Assembly (NCBI GenBank): GCA_964424515.1
Contig: CAYRJJ010000001.1
Location: 1,747-65,746, forward strand
Length of the DNA: 64,000 nucleotides
Direction of reading: 5' to 3'
Origin: an uncultured Candidatus Finniella sp.
GTDB lineage: Bacteria; Pseudomonadota; Alphaproteobacteria; Paracaedibacterales; VGCI01
Position 1 is the stretch's first letter; each line of letters begins with the position of its first letter. The position numbers were made by a program, and so were the translations under genes. The notes below the pieces were generated by a model, which saw only the letters and a list, made by a program, of their open reading frames with translations, searched no databases and was not told the DNA's origin. Positions 19,742 through 29,154 of this stretch are shown one piece after another.

Positions 19742-20272
19742 TTACAGAACTTTAACCGAAGACTGGCGCCGGCGCATTTTTATATCTTCCATCAATTTCG
19801 ACAGATAAGTCAGGCGCAAAAAAAACCCTGGTAATTTCTGGTTTTGGTCTTGACGTGCCGCACGCGCAAAAGAGGCTGTGGCCTCTTGCAACCGCTCCTG
19901 AATTTGACTTTCCACGACGTTGAAATCGTAAGGAGAAACCGCTTCCATTAAGGTTTCCCGCAATCCCATCATTTCCTCTAAAACCAGGGGGTCTTGAACG
20001 GTTTTTCCATCTTCTCCCCCTCCCTCTATTCCCCGTAATTTCAAAATAGCGCGGGCGCGTAAAGCTGGATTTTTTAAAATCTCATAAGCCTGGTTGAGTG
20101 AGGCGGATTGTTCAGCTGCCGCCTGGCGTTCGGGTTCTGAGTGATAAACGAAACGATCCGGATGAGCCAATGCCTGGCGGGAAAAATACGCCGCATCAAG
20201 CGCCGTCGCCTCCACCTCAAATGCTGGTTCTATCCCCAGTATCTCAAAAGGATTAAAATCTTTCTTAAACAT
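19742..20272 (-). CDS. hscB: Fe-S cluster co-chaperone HscB (J-domain)
   Basis: J-domain [10 protein letters not shown]...HPDRF. Internal ATG at 20272 chosen; the longer ORF would overlap iscA extensively. Confidence 0.85.
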   Translation of the reverse strand: MFKKDFNPFEILGIEPAFEVEATALDAAYFSRQALAHPDRFVYHSEPERQAAAEQSASLNQAYEILKNPALRARAILKLRGIEGGGEDGKTVQDPLVLEEMMGLRETLMEAVSPYDFNVVESQIQERLQEATASFARAARQDQNQKLPGFFLRLTYLSKLMEDIKMRRRQSSVKVL

Positions 20273-20606
20273 GGAATGATTTACCGCAACCGCAGTACCC
20301 TTTTGCATTGGGATTACGAAAGACAAATCCTGACTGCATTTTTTCTTCCACATAATCCATTTCCGTACCCAGAATAAACAGTATCGCCTTGGGGTCGATC
20401 AAAATTGTTACGCCATCCATTTCCATCACCTCATCTAAAGGATTTTTGTCATCCGCATATTCTAGAGAATAGGATAACCCGGAACACCCTTTCGTGCGAA
20501 TGCTAATACGTATTCCCACAGAGGGCTTGCCCCGCTGGGTCAGTAAGGCTTTCACCCGCTCAAAAGCCGTATCGGTTATGGTTATCGGCGCTGCTCGTGT
20601 TGTCAT
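20265..20606 (-). CDS. iscA: Iron-sulfur cluster insertion protein IscA/ErpA family
   Basis: C-terminal CGCGKSF and an earlier GCSG motif. Start at MTTRAAPITITD (20606). Confidence 0.9.
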   Translation of the reverse strand: MTTRAAPITITDTAFERVKALLTQRGKPSVGIRISIRTKGCSGLSYSLEYADDKNPLDEVMEMDGVTILIDPKAILFILGTEMDYVEEKMQSGFVFRNPNAKGYCGCGKSFHV

Positions 20607-20616
20607 GGCCTCGCCT

Positions 20617-21030
20617 TCATACCGCCGTTTCTTCGCGGTTGCCTGCCCCTGACAGGGTTTTAGACTGGTAATCCGCGATCGCCGCCTTAACAGCATCCTC
20701 AGCCAAAATTGAGCAGTGGATTTTCACAGGCGGCAGCGTCAAAGCTTGCGCAACTTCCGTATTCCGAATGGCCTGGGCTTCTTCCAGGGTTTTTCCTTTA
20801 ACCCATTCTGTGATGAGGGAGCTGGACGCAATCGCTGACCCGCATCCAAAAGTCTTAAATTTCGCGTCTTCAATAATACCATCTTTATTAACTTTAATCT
20901 GGAGCTTCATCACGTCTCCACAGGCTGGCGCTCCCACCAGGCCCGTCCCGATGGTTGCGTCATTTTTATCAAAAGCCCCCACATTACGGGGATTTTCATA
21001 GTGATCAATCACTTTTCTGCTATAGGCCAT
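20617..21030 (-). CDS. iscU: Fe-S cluster scaffold IscU
   Basis: 137 aa. YENPRNVG, GAPACGDVMKL, FKTFGCGSAIASSS and LPPVKIHCS motifs. Confidence 0.95.
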   Translation of the reverse strand: MAYSRKVIDHYENPRNVGAFDKNDATIGTGLVGAPACGDVMKLQIKVNKDGIIEDAKFKTFGCGSAIASSSLITEWVKGKTLEEAQAIRNTEVAQALTLPPVKIHCSILAEDAVKAAIADYQSKTLSGAGNREETAV

Positions 21031-21045
21031 TTCTTCTCTCCCTCA

Positions 21046-22263
21046 TTAATGATCTGACCATTTGATATTTTTCAGGTCGATCCCTTCTTGAACCATTTCC
21101 CAAAGCGGACTCATTTCCCGCAACCGCGTCACCGCTGCAACAACCTTCTCAACGGCCGTATCCACATCCGCTTCTGTTGTAAAACGTCCCAATCCAAACC
21201 GGATCGATGTATGCGCCAACTCTTCTTCAACGCCAAGGGCGCGTAAAACATAAGACGGCTCAAGAGAAGAAGACGTGCACGCCGAGCCTGAGGAAACGGA
21301 TAAATCTTTAATTCCCATCATTAAGCCTTCCCCTTCAACATAGGCAAAGCTTAAATTCAGGTTCCCGGGAATACGGGGAGCGGTATCGCCATTCAGGTAA
21401 ACATCGTCCAGTTGGCTCGTCAACCCTTGATAGAGACGGTCACTCAAACCTTTTATGCGCGTTGTTTCCGCCTCCATTTCGCTTCTGGCAATCGCGCAAG
21501 CTTCTCCCAACCCTACGCATAAAGGCGTTGGCAATGTGCCCGACCGCATGCCGCGCTCCTGTCCTCCTCCATTAATGATTGCTTGAAGCCGGACGCGCGG
21601 TTTACGGCGGACATAAAGCGCCCCGATCCCTTTCGGCGCATAAATTTTATGTCCGGAAATACTCAGCAAATCAATATTCAGCGCTTCAACGTCAAGGGAA
21701 ATTTTACCCACCGCTTGCGCGGCATCGGTGTGAAAAAATACCCCCGCGTCCCGGCATATTTTTCCAATTTCCATCAAGGGCTGTATAACGCCAATTTCAT
21801 TATTCACTGCCATAATGGAAACCATAACCGTATCGGGGCGAATAGCTTCTTGCAGTTCTGAAAGATCAATCAAACCATTAGGTTGTACCGATAAATAAGT
21901 TACGGAAAAACCTTCCTGTTCAAGATGGCGGCAACTGTCCAATACGCATTTATGCTCTGTTACGCAGGTGATCATGTGATTTTTTTTGTCTTTATAAAAC
22001 CGGCTCACGCCTTTGATCGCCAGGTTATTTGACTCTGTAGCCCCACTTGTAAAGATAATTTCCCGCGGATCCGCTCCAATAAGGCAAGCCACTTGCGTCC
22101 GGGCTTTTTCAGTAGCTTCTTCGGCTGCCCAGCCGTGCGGATGGTTACGGGAATGCGGATTGCCAAAAATGTGCGTAAAATAAGGCAAGATCTTTTCAAC
22201 AACCCGCGGATCACACGGTGTGGTCGCCTGATAATCCAGATAAATTTGTTGATGCGCTATCAT
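21046..22263 (-). CDS. iscS: Cysteine desulfurase IscS
   Basis: 405 aa. PLP-Lys motif [12 protein letters not shown], active-site loop SSGSACTS, and the C-terminal IscS tail. Confidence 0.95.
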   Translation of the reverse strand: MIAHQQIYLDYQATTPCDPRVVEKILPYFTHIFGNPHSRNHPHGWAAEEATEKARTQVACLIGADPREIIFTSGATESNNLAIKGVSRFYKDKKNHMITCVTEHKCVLDSCRHLEQEGFSVTYLSVQPNGLIDLSELQEAIRPDTVMVSIMAVNNEIGVIQPLMEIGKICRDAGVFFHTDAAQAVGKISLDVEALNIDLLSISGHKIYAPKGIGALYVRRKPRVRLQAIINGGGQERGMRSGTLPTPLCVGLGEACAIARSEMEAETTRIKGLSDRLYQGLTSQLDDVYLNGDTAPRIPGNLNLSFAYVEGEGLMMGIKDLSVSSGSACTSSSLEPSYVLRALGVEEELAHTSIRFGLGRFTTEADVDTAVEKVVAAVTRLREMSPLWEMVQEGIDLKNIKWSDH

Positions 22264-22298
22264 TTTTTATTTTTCTCCCAAAACCTTAAAACACACAA

Positions 22299-23384
22299 TC
22301 AGTGTGGGCGGACGTTCTCATAAATATCCATCCACGCGCCAAGAAACCGGTCGATCAAATCCGGAGGATTGGTGAGACCCAAACTGACCCGGATTGAACA
22401 ATCGGCAACGGCTTCAGGTACGCCCATCGCCCTCAAAACCCGTGATGGCTTTACCTTGCCTGATGCGCAAGCCGCGCCTGCTGAAAGAGCAATGCCGCTT
22501 AAATCAAATTTCATAACCTGCGTTGCGCCTTTAACGCCCTTCATGGCTATGAGCGCCGTATTGGGTAAACGGGGCGCTTCCTTTCCTAAAAATACGGCTT
22601 CAGGACATCGCGTCTTGAGACGCGCTTCAAGCGTATCCCGTAAAATCTGAACAGGACCCCAATCTTGCGCCCTGGCCGCATTCAAGGCTGCCGCAAAGCC
22701 GAGAATACCCAAAAAATTTTCCGTGCCTGAGCGAAAAGACCGTTCCTGCCCTCCGCCCCGCAATTGCGCCTTTAAAGGTACATCTGACCGCATCACCAAA
22801 GCCCCCACGCCTTGAGGCGCTCCCAGTTTATGCGCTGACAGGGAAATCAGGTCGATTCCCTCCCACGTAAGCGGAAGCCGTCCAATTGCCTGTGCAGCAT
22901 CACAATGGACAAAAGCCCCGTACCGCTTCGCAAGGCTAACCACCTGATCAAGAGGTTGAATAACCCCCGTCTCGTTGTTCGCCGCCATAACGGAGACCAT
23001 GACGGCGCCCCTTTTATCCTGCAATAAAGCTTCAAGGACCGTTAAATCAATGATTCCCTGGCTATCAACCGGACAAACGACCCGATCCTGGCGCGCCTGG
23101 TCAACGGAGTCATGCTCAATGGCGGAAATAATAACATCACCCTCAAAACCGCAAAGCGCCAGGTGGTTTGCCTCGGTCGCTCCACTGGTAAAAACAATGC
23201 CAGCAGGGCGCACATTAAAAAAGTCAGCCACTTCAAGGCGGGCTTGTTCAATTTTCCGCCGCGCTTGCCGTCCAAACTGGTGAACGGAAGACGCATTTCC
23301 CACGTATGCCATACCCTCCAGCATGACCTGCTTCGCTTCCTCACATAACGGGGCTGTCGCGTTATAATCCAGATACAGGCTCAT
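22299..23384 (-). CDS. Second cysteine desulfurase, NifS-like (class V aminotransferase)
   Basis: 361 aa. PLP-Lys SLSAHKLGAPQG and active-site GAACASG. Sits between iscR and iscS. Confidence 0.85.
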   Translation of the reverse strand: MSLYLDYNATAPLCEEAKQVMLEGMAYVGNASSVHQFGRQARRKIEQARLEVADFFNVRPAGIVFTSGATEANHLALCGFEGDVIISAIEHDSVDQARQDRVVCPVDSQGIIDLTVLEALLQDKRGAVMVSVMAANNETGVIQPLDQVVSLAKRYGAFVHCDAAQAIGRLPLTWEGIDLISLSAHKLGAPQGVGALVMRSDVPLKAQLRGGGQERSFRSGTENFLGILGFAAALNAARAQDWGPVQILRDTLEARLKTRCPEAVFLGKEAPRLPNTALIAMKGVKGATQVMKFDLSGIALSAGAACASGKVKPSRVLRAMGVPEAVADCSIRVSLGLTNPPDLIDRFLGAWMDIYENVRPH

Positions 23385-23869
23385 ATGACAGCCTGGTTCC
23401 TTACCGGAATTTTGATAGGCGCCGGATCCATCAAAACACCGAAGCGCCCCATTCCCGCAATCCGCTTTTCACAAACATCCGCAAGGGTCACGCGCGTCAG
23501 GAACGACTGTACAACGGCTCCCAGCTCATGCCATAAATCATGGGTCAGGCACTTCTCTCCCGTCATCCGGCACCCAACGGGTGACTCATGCGCGCAACGC
23601 GTGGCCTTTAGAGGCGTATCAACGGCTGCAATAATATCTAAAATTCGTACATCCTCAGCTTTGCGGACTAAAACATAACCGCCTGCGGACCCACGGCTGC
23701 TTTTAACCAGGTCCGCTTTGCGCAACTTTCCAAAAAGCTGCTCTAAATACGCTAGGGGAAGCTCCTGGCGGGCTGAAATTGCCGCCAGAGAGACAGGGCC
23801 GGACGCTTCTTCCCGGGCCACATCAACCATCGCTGTTACGGCATACCGCGCTTTTGTGCTTAACCGCAT
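23381..23869 (-). CDS. iscR: Rrf2-family transcriptional regulator IscR
   Basis: MRLSTKARYAVTAMVDVA winged-helix N-terminus. Cys cluster C-x-C region (ATRCAHESPVGCRMTGEKC). ATG at 23869 is preceded by GGAAGGG. Confidence 0.85.
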   Translation of the reverse strand: MRLSTKARYAVTAMVDVAREEASGPVSLAAISARQELPLAYLEQLFGKLRKADLVKSSRGSAGGYVLVRKAEDVRILDIIAAVDTPLKATRCAHESPVGCRMTGEKCLTHDLWHELGAVVQSFLTRVTLADVCEKRIAGMGRFGVLMDPAPIKIPVRNQAVI

Positions 23870-23987
23870 GCGAACCCTTCCGTTTTTCATAGCTGTTCTT
23901 AAAAAGCCATGCTAGACTTCTTTCCATATCGTCAATTATGACGATACCGGATTTAAGGAATACCCCTTATCTCCTATAAGGAATACC

Positions 23988-24012
23988 TATTCCGACTAAT
24001 TTGGTCAAGTAT
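23988..24012. promoter_or_regulatory. Candidate IscR (type 1-like) operator upstream of iscR
   Basis: tattCCGACTAATTTGGTCAAGTAT is an imperfect palindrome (GACTAA-T-TTGGTC). Its right half matches the E. coli type 1 half-site ...YAGTCRRSTAT as remembered. It lies about 120-140 bp upstream of the iscR start. Confidence 0.4.
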
Positions 24013-24223
24013 TGTTTTCGATGGTCATCAGAGCGCTTGCAGAATCGGGTCTGTTGTTTTCTGGACAGGAAAAAACGGATGAGCAGCCGACCGTGTTATT
24101 GTAAAGTGCATGAGGGTTGCGGCTTAGTTTTTAACGGCGTGCCGTCCGCAGAGGACGAAGGTTATGTACGGTTTCTGCTATGAATGATCAGTAAAATTAA
24201 TGTTAAGGGGAGGAGGAAAGGTT

Positions 24224-24886
24224 GTGTCAGAAATAATTTTTAACGGTTCTGCGGGTCGCATTGAAGGGCGCTATCACCAGACCCGTCGGGAAGGGGCACC
24301 CGTTGCCATCATCTTGCATCCCCATCCTCAATTTGGGGGCACGATGAATAATAAAGTGGTTTATGCCCTTTACCGGAGCTTTGTAGAGCGGGGGTTCAAC
24401 ACCTTGCGTTTCAACTTTCGCGGCGTCGGGCGGTCCGAGGGGACTTATGATAACGGGGAAGGGGAACTCAATGACGCCGCTTCCGCCCTTGATTGGCTTC
24501 AAACCAACAATGCCAATGCATCAGCCTGCTGGGTTGCCGGCTTTTCGTTTGGGGCGTGGATCGGGATGCAACTTCTCATGCGCCGCCCGGAGTTGGAGGG
24601 ATTTGTGTCAATCAGCCCGCCTGCGGACCGTTATGATTTCGGGTTTCTGGCCCCTTGCCCTGTTCCCGGCTTGATTCTGCAAGGCGACCAGGACGCTATC
24701 GTTCCCCATTCTTCCGTTGCGAGCCTGGTGAGCAAGCTGCAACTTCAACGGGGTATCCATATTGATTACCGGATGGTTCCTCAAGCTGACCATTTCTTCG
24801 GTGGGCAGCTTGCACAATTGCGTGCCCACGTAGAAGATTACTTGTCCAAAAACCTTTTACGCAGCAGCGTCGCCGTTAACCAGTAA
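24224..24886 (+). CDS. Alpha/beta hydrolase (COG2945-like)
   Basis: HPHPQFGGTMNNKVV and nucleophile-elbow GFSFGAW motifs. GTG at 24224 follows GGAGGAGGA. The ORF track start at 24200 is an alternative. Confidence 0.75.
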   Translation: MSEIIFNGSAGRIEGRYHQTRREGAPVAIILHPHPQFGGTMNNKVVYALYRSFVERGFNTLRFNFRGVGRSEGTYDNGEGELNDAASALDWLQTNNANASACWVAGFSFGAWIGMQLLMRRPELEGFVSISPPADRYDFGFLAPCPVPGLILQGDQDAIVPHSSVASLVSKLQLQRGIHIDYRMVPQADHFFGGQLAQLRAHVEDYLSKNLLRSSVAVNQ

Positions 24887-24934
24887 CCCTGTGTCCCCCT
24901 CTTTACTTAGTAGAAGAGGGGGGTAATTGAGTGC

Positions 24935-26920
24935 CTAATCTTTTTTTGCCTCCAGAATACTAATGACTGTGAATGGATCGCAATCCAGCAGATCTTCACT
25001 GCACCCAACATTAAGCCCCCCTTCTTGAAGCTTTTTCAGAACCTTAGCACGTTTTTCCATGCTATCATGCTCTGTCTTATTAAGCGCTTTCTGAATCGAT
25101 TTTTGATAATAAAAACCACATAACTCCGGGTTGTTTAGTTGATAGTATATCATACAAAGGATCACATCAACATCATCCCTATCTGTTTCTTGATAATTCA
25201 AAGACTTAACTTGGGAGATAGCGTAATCTTTTTCCTCTGTTACATGTTGGGCAAGGAAGAGGAGAAAACCTAACCGAGTTTCTAAATTAACTTGATCAGA
25301 TTCAATAATAGTCTTTAAACGGGCAAGCACTTTTTTTCGATCAATTTCCTCTTTGGCGTGCTGAGCAAGCAAGAAGAGGGCGTCTAACTCAGCGTCTATA
25401 GTAACCTGATCAGATTCAGCAAGCGCTTTTAAGAGGTTAATGGATTTTCCCCGGTCAATTTCTAAAGCAGGCTTAAAAAAATCATCTATATAATACTGAA
25501 GAACAGAGATAAGCTTCTCCGGTTGTACGTTGAGTAAATAGCGGACTAGCCTCCTTGCTTCTTCAGGATAATGATAGTGAACGAGGTCGCTGATCAGGGA
25601 ACCCTGACAAACCTTTAAAATTTCCTCTTCGGGTTGTGACAGAATATCATCCAGCGCTTTTGGAACCTCTTCCCGTCTTTCCGCTCGCATCAGGAGTGAA
25701 AGGGCGAGCCCCTTCACGTTATCAGCAAGTTGCGCCCAATCAGAATAAAGGTTTTCAGAAAATTGCCGGACACGGAATTGAAGATGCTCATCGTCAATGT
25801 TGTTATCTTTAAATGCATTAAATGACTGAACTTTATTTCCCAAGGTATTTTGATCATTCGGTAATTCAACGACCTTTCTGAGAACTTTAACTGCGAGATC
25901 CGGACGCCCTAAAAAAAGAGCGTTGTGAATTAAGAGGGAGTTATCAGAATCAAGGCAGAATTGGGGATTATGGATGCACCACTCAATCATTTCAATGGCT
26001 ACCTCTCTTTTTTGAGATTTACTATAAATAAAATCATGATTTATGTTAACGATATTTCTCTTCAGGAGGTTTGTATCCCCGAGGTTTATCCCCGCCATTA
26101 AAAGCTTCCGTGCAATAACGTCCCTTGCTTGAGGAAAACAGGCTGAAGAAAACCTAAATTGTCCAAGAGTCTCATAATAAACGCCTGGCCGCGCCGGGTT
26201 AAGTGACAGCAACCACAATTTATTTAAGGATAACCCATAAGGGTGAGAAAATTCCTGAAGTAACCGCATGACCGGATCCAAAGGATCAGCCGTATTGACA
26301 AGCGGTGATGCCAGCGCCACCTTAAGAACGGCATAAAGCTTGCCGAGGTCTTCCTCACTTTGCCCTTCAAGCCGTTGAGGAAGGCTGTTTTGGTGTGGCA
26401 AGAAGGCGGATTGGATAAAGTCCGGCTCAAACCAGCTGGAAAGATCCGTTGCAGAGACGCTCGCAAGGGCAGCGAGCTTGAAGAGACCGTCTTTCGTGTT
26501 CCGCGTCTTGAAGTGAAGAATATCGAGCGGAATGGAATGCGCTCTTGTTTCCGTCAGGCAATAATCATTTAAGCGAAAGAAGGAGGCGCTCACCAGATCA
26601 GAAAAACAACGGCAGATGAGCCTCACGGCTGGAAGCGTCCCTAAATCTACATAAGGAAGAATATTCCCGTAGATAATTTCCAAAGGGAGGGTGAATAGAG
26701 GAGTACCTTCTTGAACCGTCTGTTGAGCCTGATTTAATATTTCGTCAACGCTCTTGTCACGCTCTTGATGTTTCTTATAAGAAGCCAACGGAAACGCGCG
26801 CGTTACAATTTCCCGAAGGGACTCAAGCGCCCGCGCATCTCTTTCCGCTTCGGCTGCTTGCGCCGTTAAGGAGAAGAAAACGACAAGATAGCTCAGGCAA
26901 AAAGAAAGATATTTTTTCAT
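24935..26920 (-). CDS. Signal-peptide protein with eukaryotic-type F-box motif and helical repeats (candidate effector)
   Basis: ATG at 26920 follows AAGGA and gives the signal peptide MKKYLSFCLSYLVVFFSLTAQA/AE. Residues ~75-117 read LFTLPLEIIYGNILPYVDLGTLPAVRLICRCFSDLV, an F-box pattern. An internal duplicated helical unit ESDQV...LAQH appears twice. Confidence 0.6.
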   Translation of the reverse strand: MKKYLSFCLSYLVVFFSLTAQAAEAERDARALESLREIVTRAFPLASYKKHQERDKSVDEILNQAQQTVQEGTPLFTLPLEIIYGNILPYVDLGTLPAVRLICRCFSDLVSASFFRLNDYCLTETRAHSIPLDILHFKTRNTKDGLFKLAALASVSATDLSSWFEPDFIQSAFLPHQNSLPQRLEGQSEEDLGKLYAVLKVALASPLVNTADPLDPVMRLLQEFSHPYGLSLNKLWLLSLNPARPGVYYETLGQFRFSSACFPQARDVIARKLLMAGINLGDTNLLKRNIVNINHDFIYSKSQKREVAIEMIEWCIHNPQFCLDSDNSLLIHNALFLGRPDLAVKVLRKVVELPNDQNTLGNKVQSFNAFKDNNIDDEHLQFRVRQFSENLYSDWAQLADNVKGLALSLLMRAERREEVPKALDDILSQPEEEILKVCQGSLISDLVHYHYPEEARRLVRYLLNVQPEKLISVLQYYIDDFFKPALEIDRGKSINLLKALAESDQVTIDAELDALFLLAQHAKEEIDRKKVLARLKTIIESDQVNLETRLGFLLFLAQHVTEEKDYAISQVKSLNYQETDRDDVDVILCMIYYQLNNPELCGFYYQKSIQKALNKTEHDSMEKRAKVLKKLQEGGLNVGCSEDLLDCDPFTVISILEAKKD

Positions 26921-27060
26921 CACAATCCTTTCAAAATTTAGCAAATTTAATGCAAAATACACTGTAACGGGGAATGAAGAAAATACAACAGGAAAAATCT
27001 CAAGGAGGATCATCAAAAACCGGTGGGATGGGATTATCCTATGATAAGCAGGGTATCCCC

Positions 27061-27957
27061 TTACGGTTCAATACGCGTCAGGCCATAGGTCGCCCCCATA
27101 ATGATGAGGCTTCCCAGGATGACCCAGATGGTGGGTATTTCTTCAAAAAAGATAAAGCCTACGGGTATGGCAAAGCACAAGCGCGTATATTCAAAAGGCG
27201 CGAGGAAAGAGGGGTTGGCGTACCTTAAGGCTGTCACGGAACAAAATTGGGAAAAAACCCCGAAAGCGCCAATGGCCATCAAGGTCAGCACATCATGAAG
27301 AGGGGGCGTTTTCCAAAACGAGAGGACGATCAGACCCGCAATAAACGTGGTTGCCGTATTCGCATAGAGCATAATCGTAAAGGTGCTTTCCGTACGGGAC
27401 AGAAGCTTCACGCAGATAATGGAAAAAGCGGCGAACAGATTGGCCAGGAGGGCTATCCACACGCCTGGGCTGATCGCCGCTTCATGGGGCCTGACGGCGA
27501 TCATCACCCCGCCATACCCAAGCAGGATGAGCGCCCATTTAGCAAGAGGAACCTTCTCCTTCAAAAGAAGCATGGCCAAAACGGTCGTAAATAAAGGGCC
27601 TGTCATCCCGATGGATGTTGCCAGGGCAAGAGGCAAATTCCGGTAAGCGAAATACGTACACGTCACCGTGATTCCCAATGTGATAACGCGGATGATATGA
27701 AGAATAGGCCGTGATGTGCCAAACCCTTTCAAGCCGGATTGCAGGATAAAAGGGCTGAAAAAAACCAGGCCAAAGAAATAGCGCATAAAAAGAACGGTAA
27801 CGCTATCAACTTCAGGAGAAAGGGTCTTGGCGAAAGCCATAGCCGCGCTAAAACTGAGCGCCCACAGCAGCATAAACGCCGCCCCGGTTAATTGGGGGGA
27901 AAGAGCGTTTTTGAGGGTTTCCATACGGTTCAGGGTTTTAACGCGGCTTTGATTCAT
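27061..27957 (-). CDS. EamA/DMT-superfamily transporter
   Basis: About 10 predicted TM helices and a two-EamA-repeat architecture. The start is uncertain (27957, 28011 or an internal Met). Confidence 0.8.
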   Translation of the reverse strand: MNQSRVKTLNRMETLKNALSPQLTGAAFMLLWALSFSAAMAFAKTLSPEVDSVTVLFMRYFFGLVFFSPFILQSGLKGFGTSRPILHIIRVITLGITVTCTYFAYRNLPLALATSIGMTGPLFTTVLAMLLLKEKVPLAKWALILLGYGGVMIAVRPHEAAISPGVWIALLANLFAAFSIICVKLLSRTESTFTIMLYANTATTFIAGLIVLSFWKTPPLHDVLTLMAIGAFGVFSQFCSVTALRYANPSFLAPFEYTRLCFAIPVGFIFFEEIPTIWVILGSLIIMGATYGLTRIEP

Positions 27958-28173
27958 AAAACGCTTCTTGCCTTTTTGCTTATAATAAAAGAAGGAAGGG
28001 GAGAAGGGCAATGATATTCCCGCAAGCCCGTATTTTAGGAGCTATGCGAAAGGTGCATATTTTCCTTGACGGTATGGAGATGAAGAGAGATATCTTAAAG
28101 CGTTTCTCACCATTTTCTTTCCGAATGGATAGAGAAAATATAGACAGGCGTCATTCTTCTATCGGTGGGGTCG

Positions 28174-29154
28174 ATGAATTTTATCAAGTATAACGGAAAA
28201 GGAAACGATAAGGCTAAAAAGCAGGAAACCAATCAATTCATTGATATAACGGCATGGAATGGAAATGAAGAGATGAAACCCTATGAGGAAGGCGCACGTG
28301 AAAAAAATATCATAACGTGTCCCGCTCATGCTCCCTTTCCTTTTCTCATTGCCAATCATGATTATATGTTCAAGCAGTCTAATCGCCGTTATCCAGCCCA
28401 ATTCTGGGTAGAAATAATAGCCTATCGTCTTGGTTGTCTGATGGGCGTCCCCGTACCGCCCGCTTTCATTGGTATTGATGAAAGACGGGAAATCGCAGGT
28501 GCGGTTATTGAATGGTTTTACAGTTATCCAGGAGAACCAGGGGAAGAATTTATCCCGGGAGGCGATCTTTTTCAAAAGCGCAACCCTGACTATGAACGGA
28601 AAAAAGGCAAGCGCCATAATCTTATGGATTTAATAGAGATCATTAAAGAAAGGGATTTGTCCCAAAATTGGCAGAAAGAATGGGCGAAGATTTTTTGCTT
28701 TGACGCATTGATCGGGAACACGGATCGCCATCAGGATAATTGGGGCATCCTGCACGACGAAACAGGAGATTACTTTGCTCCGGCATTCGATAACGGAACG
28801 GCAATGGGGCACGAAATCACCGACAAAAAGCTTCTTAACAAGCTTAATCGTCTTGAAAAATATATTCTGGCGCCCAAAGCGACGCATCACATGAAATGGC
28901 GCCGACATGACGATAAGAGGATGGGGCATATTGATTTTTTAAAACGGCTTATGGATCAATACCCCCAGACGATAGAGCCTATGCATCAGTGTTTGAAATT
29001 CTCTCTTCAACCCTTTGCGCAAGAAGTTCAGGAACTCCTGGATTTAAGTAACGCTTTGCCTGAACCTTATGTTAAATTAACGTCAGAAAGAGCCAATTTC
29101 ATTATTAAACTAACTGAATATAGACATAAAAAAGCATTGGAGATTTTGACGTAA
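28174..29154 (+). CDS. HipA-family Ser/Thr kinase core (short, HipT-like; no N-terminal subdomains)
   Basis: Catalytic-loop signature FDALIGNTDRHQDNWGIL and APAFDNG (the DxG equivalent). About 327 aa. ATG at 28174 follows GGTGGGG, with GTG at 28165 as an alternative. No HTH gene is adjacent. Confidence 0.75.
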   Translation: MNFIKYNGKGNDKAKKQETNQFIDITAWNGNEEMKPYEEGAREKNIITCPAHAPFPFLIANHDYMFKQSNRRYPAQFWVEIIAYRLGCLMGVPVPPAFIGIDERREIAGAVIEWFYSYPGEPGEEFIPGGDLFQKRNPDYERKKGKRHNLMDLIEIIKERDLSQNWQKEWAKIFCFDALIGNTDRHQDNWGILHDETGDYFAPAFDNGTAMGHEITDKKLLNKLNRLEKYILAPKATHHMKWRRHDDKRMGHIDFLKRLMDQYPQTIEPMHQCLKFSLQPFAQEVQELLDLSNALPEPYVKLTSERANFIIKLTEYRHKKALEILT

